Assembly: GCA_000091205.1 (NCBI GenBank)
Contig: AP006500.2
Strand: one strand, 5' to 3'
Origin: Cyanidioschyzon merolae
Taxonomy: Eukaryota
Length of the DNA: 64,000 bases
Positions 60,375 to 64,000 of this stretch are shown one piece after another. The stretch's first letter is position 1; the number at the start of each line of letters is the position of its first letter. The notes under the pieces are model-generated. The model was not told the origin of the DNA, did not search any database, and saw only the letters and a list, made by a program, of their open reading frames with translations. The translations under genes were made by a program, and so were the position numbers.

Positions 60375-62423
60375 ATGCCGCGCTACGTGCGGCTCGTCCC
60401 CGTTATCCTTAGTGTGGTATGGGTCGGTATTGCCGTGTACTGGACGTTCTTCGGTGGAGCCTTGCTCGAGAACTATCCCGGTTATCGGCCCTATTCTTGC
60501 AAGTTGCTTTCCACACCGAAGGTAGAACCATGCTGTTCGCCGTCACCAACGGTAAATCCTTCACCGGCCTGCTCGCCGGTGGGTTATCGCATAGAGGTGC
60601 AGAGCGTGGAGCTCTTTCGCAACTCGTCCGGGCAGAGCGCGATGAACAAATTGTACCGAGGCTGTGACGACGTGAGCTGTGACTGTTTGTATGCATCAGA
60701 GCAGCAAGCGCAACAGGCGCTCAACTCGTTGGACTTTACCGTCAACGAGACAGTCAAGTGCTGGTACAACGGGAGCGGAAGTATTGTTGTTCTCGTGAAC
60801 CAGGGTTTTAGCTATAACATTGCGCTCGTTGGCCTGGTGCTGCTCGCGCTGGGGGCTTTGCTGCTCTGCTGGTCCGTGCTGCATGTCCTGGGTCTCGACT
60901 GTAAGTTATTGGAAATCATGCTGCGTTGTCTGTGTTGTGGACATTTCGACGAATGGGAGCTGCGGCGACGCCGACGACTCTGGCAACACACCCAGGCCTA
61001 CGGGGCGAATCGTGGCGGCCTCGCCGGCCTCATGCTCCGGGCGCGTACCGGAGGTCTGCTTCCGGATGAGATTCGTGAAATTCTGCGCAAGATAGAAATC
61101 AGTCATCAGGAACTGGAGGACTTGAAGAAGCGTGCCGAGTCTGGGGTTGACGAGCGAAACACTTCATCAGTGGACGCGCCGCTGGAACCGAACGGGTCGC
61201 CCGCGCTCACTCCCGTTCATGATGCCGCTTGTCGTCAGCCGAGTGCCGCAGAGGGCTACGCAGGAGCCGTTGCGTCGGATCCATCGCCGACAGTAAGAGC
61301 GTCGCATCCGCTGGTCGTTGGTGACCTCATCGACTGTGGCATTTGTCTCGATGAGCTGACCGCACCTCTGGCAGCCGAGGATCACGACTGGGAAGATGAC
61401 GTGGTGCGGGAGTCGCAGTTGCGACGCAGGATCGCACAGGCAGCCCCGAGCGCTCCGGTGCGATCAGCGGCGCCGCAGACGCATTCGGCTGAAGATCCCA
61501 GCGTGGATCCTGGCCCAAGAGAAGGAGCTCCAGCGGCTTCACCTGCGCAGCAAGCTGGGATACAGTCGTCTCGACATGCTCGAGCGGGGCCGACGCCTGC
61601 GACGCAGCGTTGGCGCCATCTCTTTCGGCCCATTTCAACGAATGAGCAGCGTTCGCAAACAGACGCATCACCATCAACACCAACAACAACAGCGAGAGGT
61701 GCGGCATGCACCACCATATCCGGCGTTGATATTGAGGCAGGACACGGGCCCTCACGAACAGGTGAGACGTCCTCCGTAGAGGCGGTAGCAGCATCCACGA
61801 TGAACGAGGGTGCCGGGAGCTCGTCAACAACAGCGGCGCCCGGCTCGATAGCGGTACGCACCGTGTCCGGCAGTCGACGCATCGTGCTGCTCAAATGTGG
61901 ACATATCTTTCACTTTTCCTGCATGAAGCACTTTCTCTGCGCAGGCGGTGTGACGTGCCCCATCTGCAATCGAAACTTACCTCGCGATTACCTCACAGAC
62001 TCTGGAACAGTCTCAGTGGGACACGCCTCGCAAGAGACAACACCCGGAGGCACCGCGTCGGAAGCTGGGCACGAAAGCACGCGGCGCGCAACAGCGTCGG
62101 CTGGGCGCCCTGCGGATGCACACGCTGCAAGCGGGCGTCGCTGGCGAGGCTTCTGGGGGCGGCGTCGACCTGCCCAGCAACCGACGATGCCGGCGTCGTC
62201 GAGTGCATACGATGGGCGCGTTCCAAACGAGTCCGAAACGGGGGTATCGGACCCAGCGGTACCTCCGCGGGCGGTCATCGGCTGGAGCACCGCGCCTCGT
62301 GCAAGCGAAACGACCCGCCGCGAAGCAGACTATGGACTTGTCATGGTACCGCATGTGTCGCGCAACCCCGAAGACATCAGGGACTCGCCTCGTGATGCGT
62401 GTATCCAAGCACCTCCCGTATAA
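60375..62423 (+). CDS. Membrane-anchored RING-H2 finger protein, a putative E3 ubiquitin ligase, largely low-complexity. Start chosen at MPRYVRL; the ORF is open to 60189.
   Basis: Predicted TM helix YVRLVPVILSVVWVGIAVYWTFFGG, plus a second hydrophobic segment IALVGLVLLALGALLLCWSVLHVL. RING-H2 CGICLDEL...LLKCGHIFHFSCMKHFLCAGGVTCPICNR with C-x2-C...C-x-H-x2-H...C-x2-C spacing. The remainder is Ala/Ser/Pro/Arg-rich. Confidence 0.6.
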   Translation: MPRYVRLVPVILSVVWVGIAVYWTFFGGALLENYPGYRPYSCKLLSTPKVEPCCSPSPTVNPSPACSPVGYRIEVQSVELFRNSSGQSAMNKLYRGCDDVSCDCLYASEQQAQQALNSLDFTVNETVKCWYNGSGSIVVLVNQGFSYNIALVGLVLLALGALLLCWSVLHVLGLDCKLLEIMLRCLCCGHFDEWELRRRRRLWQHTQAYGANRGGLAGLMLRARTGGLLPDEIREILRKIEISHQELEDLKKRAESGVDERNTSSVDAPLEPNGSPALTPVHDAACRQPSAAEGYAGAVASDPSPTVRASHPLVVGDLIDCGICLDELTAPLAAEDHDWEDDVVRESQLRRRIAQAAPSAPVRSAAPQTHSAEDPSVDPGPREGAPAASPAQQAGIQSSRHARAGPTPATQRWRHLFRPISTNEQRSQTDASPSTPTTTARGAACTTISGVDIEAGHGPSRTGETSSVEAVAASTMNEGAGSSSTTAAPGSIAVRTVSGSRRIVLLKCGHIFHFSCMKHFLCAGGVTCPICNRNLPRDYLTDSGTVSVGHASQETTPGGTASEAGHESTRRATASAGRPADAHAASGRRWRGFWGRRRPAQQPTMPASSSAYDGRVPNESETGVSDPAVPPRAVIGWSTAPRASETTRREADYGLVMVPHVSRNPEDIRDSPRDACIQAPPV

Positions 62424-63138
62424 ATTGCTTTCATGGTTGTATAATTTACGGGAGTAGACGCTGTGACGCTCAACGCGCTCACAGTCGGCATTGATACCGC
62501 GATCCATGGCGCGCAGCTCGCATGACATCCTGCGCCATACTGGATAACGACGGTCCAGACACGAATGAAACAAGGCTCAGAAACAATGCAAATGCCGGGC
62601 GTACCGTTCACACCAAATGCACTGTCGGGTGCGCTGCGGGCACTGTTTGACAAGCTGTTTGCCCAGCGACTCGGGTGACGCTCCCTCGTGATCTGCTTGT
62701 GTGCGGTTTCCGTTGGCGTCTGTTCCTCATTTCGGATGAGGTGCTTCTTCGAAGTTGACGACGCGTTTCATTGAGATCCTTGTCATTCAAAAAACGAAGC
62801 GTTCCTCGGGCGCTGGGTGCGTCTTGCGTGCCGTGGTATCGCTACCGTGGCATGCGGCATGTCTGCCTTCCATCGAGCTATGGTCGTTCGAGTGTTCGCA
62901 CAAGCGAGGCAATCGACGAGCCTCATACGCTAGCCGCACCGAACGGATCCGCATACGAGTCTATTCACACAGAGCGTGTCGCACGGCTTGGAGGATAGAT
63001 AAAAACGTGCCACGTGATGCTCGCTGTCCAGCCATGGCGCTGTTTCGTACACCAGTGCTTGCAGCGACGCAGGAGCGCTGAGCGGGTGCTCATGTCCTGC
63101 TCCCGTCCCAGGGTGCTCGGTTCCAAGTCACGCGTTGA

Positions 63139-63777
63139 CTAGCACTTTGGAGTAAGGTGTTCCAGTTTGCCCTGCTGGATTAGGAGTTCGACGTCGGCGC
63201 GCCTCACGAAATGTACGGTACCCTTGGCCAAATGGGCGCTTTGTCCGCTGCTAGCCATGAAGAAATCACCACAGTCCTCGAGCACGCGAACCTCAATGAA
63301 CTCCTCCTTCGGGGGCACCAACAGAGCCGAGCGCAGGTCCAGACCTACCGCACTTCCGTATGCAGCGAGCAGCGCCTCGTAACGACTGGCGTAGGTGCGT
63401 TCGGCCTCCGACAGCAACGCCGTCGCTCGCCCCGTGGTGCCTTTGTCCTCGCTCGGCCCCGAATATATCGTCGGATCCCGATTCCAGCAAGCCTGCTCGA
63501 CTCTCCGAAGACGATTTACCAGGTACGCTAGCACGCAGCGTTTGTTTCGCAAAAGGCGGGCCCGACGAACGAGCAGACTCCCCTGTAGGGCACGGTCCTC
63601 AACTCGTGACCCCTGCTGACTAGAGCCGCTTCGCCATGCCTCTATGCCTTTCTCAAGCTGTGCGTACTCTTCTAGAATCTCATCAACGACTCGTTGCAGT
63701 AGATCACGACGGTACAGCGGCAGGTGCTGCGCATCACGAAGTTCAGATACGAGCGCGGTCGCTGCCCCTGAAGTCAT
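63139..63777 (-). CDS. PSF1: GINS complex subunit Psf1 (DNA replication). Start chosen at MTSGAAT; the ORF is open to 63987.
   Basis: RNKRCVLAYLVNRLRRVEQACW and the C-terminal EFIEVRVLEDCGDF...FVRRADVELLIQQGKLEHL parallel conserved Psf1 blocks (RNRRCxLAYLYDRLxRI..LRW; YIEVRCLKDYGEF...LPRWxCEQLIRQGVLEHI). The chosen start gives about 212 aa, as expected. Confidence 0.75.
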   Translation of the reverse strand: MTSGAATALVSELRDAQHLPLYRRDLLQRVVDEILEEYAQLEKGIEAWRSGSSQQGSRVEDRALQGSLLVRRARLLRNKRCVLAYLVNRLRRVEQACWNRDPTIYSGPSEDKGTTGRATALLSEAERTYASRYEALLAAYGSAVGLDLRSALLVPPKEEFIEVRVLEDCGDFFMASSGQSAHLAKGTVHFVRRADVELLIQQGKLEHLTPKC

Positions 63778-64000
63778 TGTAGGCCTCGAGCGTTGCCCTA
63801 CAACAGAGAAGAGCGTTCGCGCCACGCGTGCGTTCGCGTCCAGCCGGTGCACGCGCTGCACAGTGGACGGACTGGGGTGTCGGATGAGGAGCGAACACAA
63901 CCGTGTTCGATATGCTTGTGCGTCTCCATGCCTTTTGGACCTGTCTTGAAAACGACAGTCTCCGAAATTGCGAGGCAGAAATGACAAGTTTTGGTTTTAT

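Noticed and set aside
59875-60525. 216-aa plus-strand ORF overlapping the 5' region of the RING-H2 gene, plus the (GGC/GCG)n tract at 60150-60180.
   Set aside because: Extremely GC-rich, Cys/Arg/Ala-biased translation with no motifs. It overlaps out of frame with the better-supported TM+RING ORF, so it is likely noise in the promoter/5' region.

Overview
This window reads as eukaryotic nuclear DNA, not a prokaryotic island. It is GC-rich (roughly 55-60% by eye) and intron-poor. Long ORFs sit on both strands, separated by 1-3 kb spacers. Several ORFs carry N-terminal organelle-targeting-like extensions. One gene has a canonical GT...AG intron with a CACTAAC branch site. I can support about 19 protein-coding genes by motif-level recognition: a glutathione S-transferase, a GDPD-domain phosphodiesterase, a PaaI-type hotdog thioesterase, a secreted purple acid phosphatase, an animal/fungal-type GABA aminotransferase, a two-S1-domain RNA-binding protein (plastid-type, with one putative intron), a CCT-motif protein, a class II ketol-acid reductoisomerase, ribosomal protein L13a, a CobD/HisC-like PLP aminotransferase, a SHAQKYF-class MYB, nucleoporin Nup93/Nic96, a plant-type (heme-less) sulfite oxidase ending in -SRL, Ddi1, a KsgA/TFB-like rRNA adenine dimethyltransferase, a lysophospholipid acyltransferase, an IMP-type signal peptidase I, a RING-H2 membrane protein and GINS Psf1. 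I saw no rRNA, convincing tRNA or CRISPR. Repeats comprise several mini- and microsatellites (58-bp x4.4, 45-bp x7, 84-bp x3, 143-bp x2, (GCT)n, (GTG)n, (GGC)n) and one inverted-repeat-bounded element of about 2 kb. I found no operon-like defence, biosynthetic or toxin system. The most unusual points are a CobD-like aminotransferase in a eukaryotic context, Phe-containing N-termini on two plastid-type proteins (consistent with red-algal or glaucophyte-style transit peptides), the inverted-repeat element, and a possibly decayed MGMT-like sequence. Many long ORFs are antisense to real genes and are GC-content artefacts.
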